Below, one piece after another: positions 63,300-64,000 of a stretch of DNA of 64,000 nt. Source of the DNA: Caulobacterales bacterium (lineage in GTDB: Bacteria > Pseudomonadota > Alphaproteobacteria > Caulobacterales > Aquidulcibacteraceae); the NCBI GenBank assembly GCA_035549695.1, contig DASZQK010000003.1, positions 4,833 to 68,832 on the forward strand, in the 5' to 3' direction. The notes beneath the pieces are model-generated. The model was given only the letters and a program-made list of their open reading frames with translations. It did not search any database and was not told where the DNA came from. A program made the translations under genes and the position numbers. Each line of letters opens with the position of its first letter. Position 1 is the stretch's first letter.

Positions 63300-64000
63300 C
63301 TAGGCGGCGGTCATCGTCGCCGCGCCCGTAGCGCCGGCGTCTTGCGGGTCGCGCAGCACGTAGCCGCGGCCCCACACGGTTTCGATGTAATGTTCGCCGC
63401 CGGTGGCGGCGGCCAACTTCTTGCGCAGCTTGCAGATGAAGACGTCGATGATCTTCAGTTCCGGCTCGTCCATGCCGCCATAGAGGTGGTTCAGGAACAT
63501 TTCCTTGGTCAGCGTGGTGCCTTTGCGGAGCGAGAGCAGCTCCAGCATCTGGTATTCCTTGCCCGTCAAATGGACGCGCTGGCCCGAGACTTCCACGGTC
63601 TTGGCGTCGAGGTTCACAACCACATCGCCCGTCTTGATCACCGAATGCGCATGGCCCTTCGAGCGGCGGACGATGGCGTTGATGCGCGCGATCAGCTCGT
63701 CCTTGTTGAAGGGCTTGGTCATGTAATCGTCGGCGCCGTAGCCGAGGCCGCGGACCTTGGTGTCGATGTCGGCGGTGCCCGAGAGAATGAGGATCGGCGT
63801 GTTCACCCGCGCGACGCGCAGCTGCTTCAGCACGTCGAAGCCGTTCATGTCCGGCAGCGTGAGATCGAGCACGATGATGTCGTAGTCGTAGAGTTTGCCG
63901 AGATCGACGCCTTCTTCGCCAAGGTCGGTCGAATAGATGTTGAAGCCTTCGGACTTCAGCATCAGCTCGATGCCCTGCGCAGTCGCGCTATCGTCCTCAA
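63300..64000 (-). CDS. ctrA: Cell-cycle master regulator CtrA (5' end just outside the window)
   Basis: [20 protein letters not shown]...[15 protein letters not shown]...[52 protein letters not shown]...[14 protein letters not shown]; ends in AA like the ClpXP-degraded Caulobacter protein. Confidence 0.98.
   Translation of the reverse strand, partial: EDDSATAQGIELMLKSEGFNIYSTDLGEEGVDLGKLYDYDIIVLDLTLPDMNGFDVLKQLRVARVNTPILILSGTADIDTKVRGLGYGADDYMTKPFNKDELIARINAIVRRSKGHAHSVIKTGDVVVNLDAKTVEVSGQRVHLTGKEYQMLELLSLRKGTTLTKEMFLNHLYGGMDEPELKIIDVFICKLRKKLAAATGGEHYIETVWGRGYVLRDPQDAGATGAATMTAA

Noticed and set aside
104-63726. Many long alternative ORFs in the track (e.g. 2987..4660, 17337..19031, 31571..33577, 54534..58199, 60895..62616)
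   Set aside because: They are antisense or frame-shifted shadows of well-supported genes, Arg/Ala/Gly-rich with no domain motifs, as expected in high-GC DNA.
1-64000. CRISPR arrays, tRNA/rRNA genes, transposases, prophage genes
   Set aside because: No regularly spaced repeats, cloverleaf/rRNA signatures or mobile-element ORFs were seen.

Overview
High-GC alphaproteobacterial chromosomal window, most likely a Caulobacterales/Hyphomonadaceae-type organism (CtrA nearly identical in motif content to the Caulobacter protein, a Cle-type CheY protein, EcfG/sigmaT-type promoters). No rRNA, tRNA, CRISPR array, transposase or integrase was seen. Left to right: an uncharacterised membrane coiled-coil + vWA-like gene pair cut by the left edge; IMPase, CapD-like dehydratase and a degenerate CysG N-terminal module; a TetR-controlled HlyD/ABC exporter; Cle-like receiver + CheE-like gene; a class III cyclase-FGE fusion followed by a CRP-box and a CpdA-like phosphodiesterase; a candidate stress-sigma-driven sRNA; frmA-fghA interrupted by a nuclease-like gene; a De Ley-Doudoroff galactose operon; a ~20 kb xyloglucan utilisation locus (GH3, GH97, GH74, GH95, GH35, GH31, FucP, fucose dehydrogenase-like AKR, LacI, IclR) with no TonB-dependent receptor; a Wzy-type polysaccharide locus whose transcription units carry GGAAC-N16-CGTT promoters; an RND efflux system; a GMC/3-ketoglycoside operon; and ctrA cut by the right edge. 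All product calls come from motif recognition by eye, not database searches. The most novel signals are non-coding: four perfect EcfG-type promoters (one driving an unannotated two-hairpin RNA with a C-rich loop, two in front of polysaccharide genes) and several shared operator motifs.
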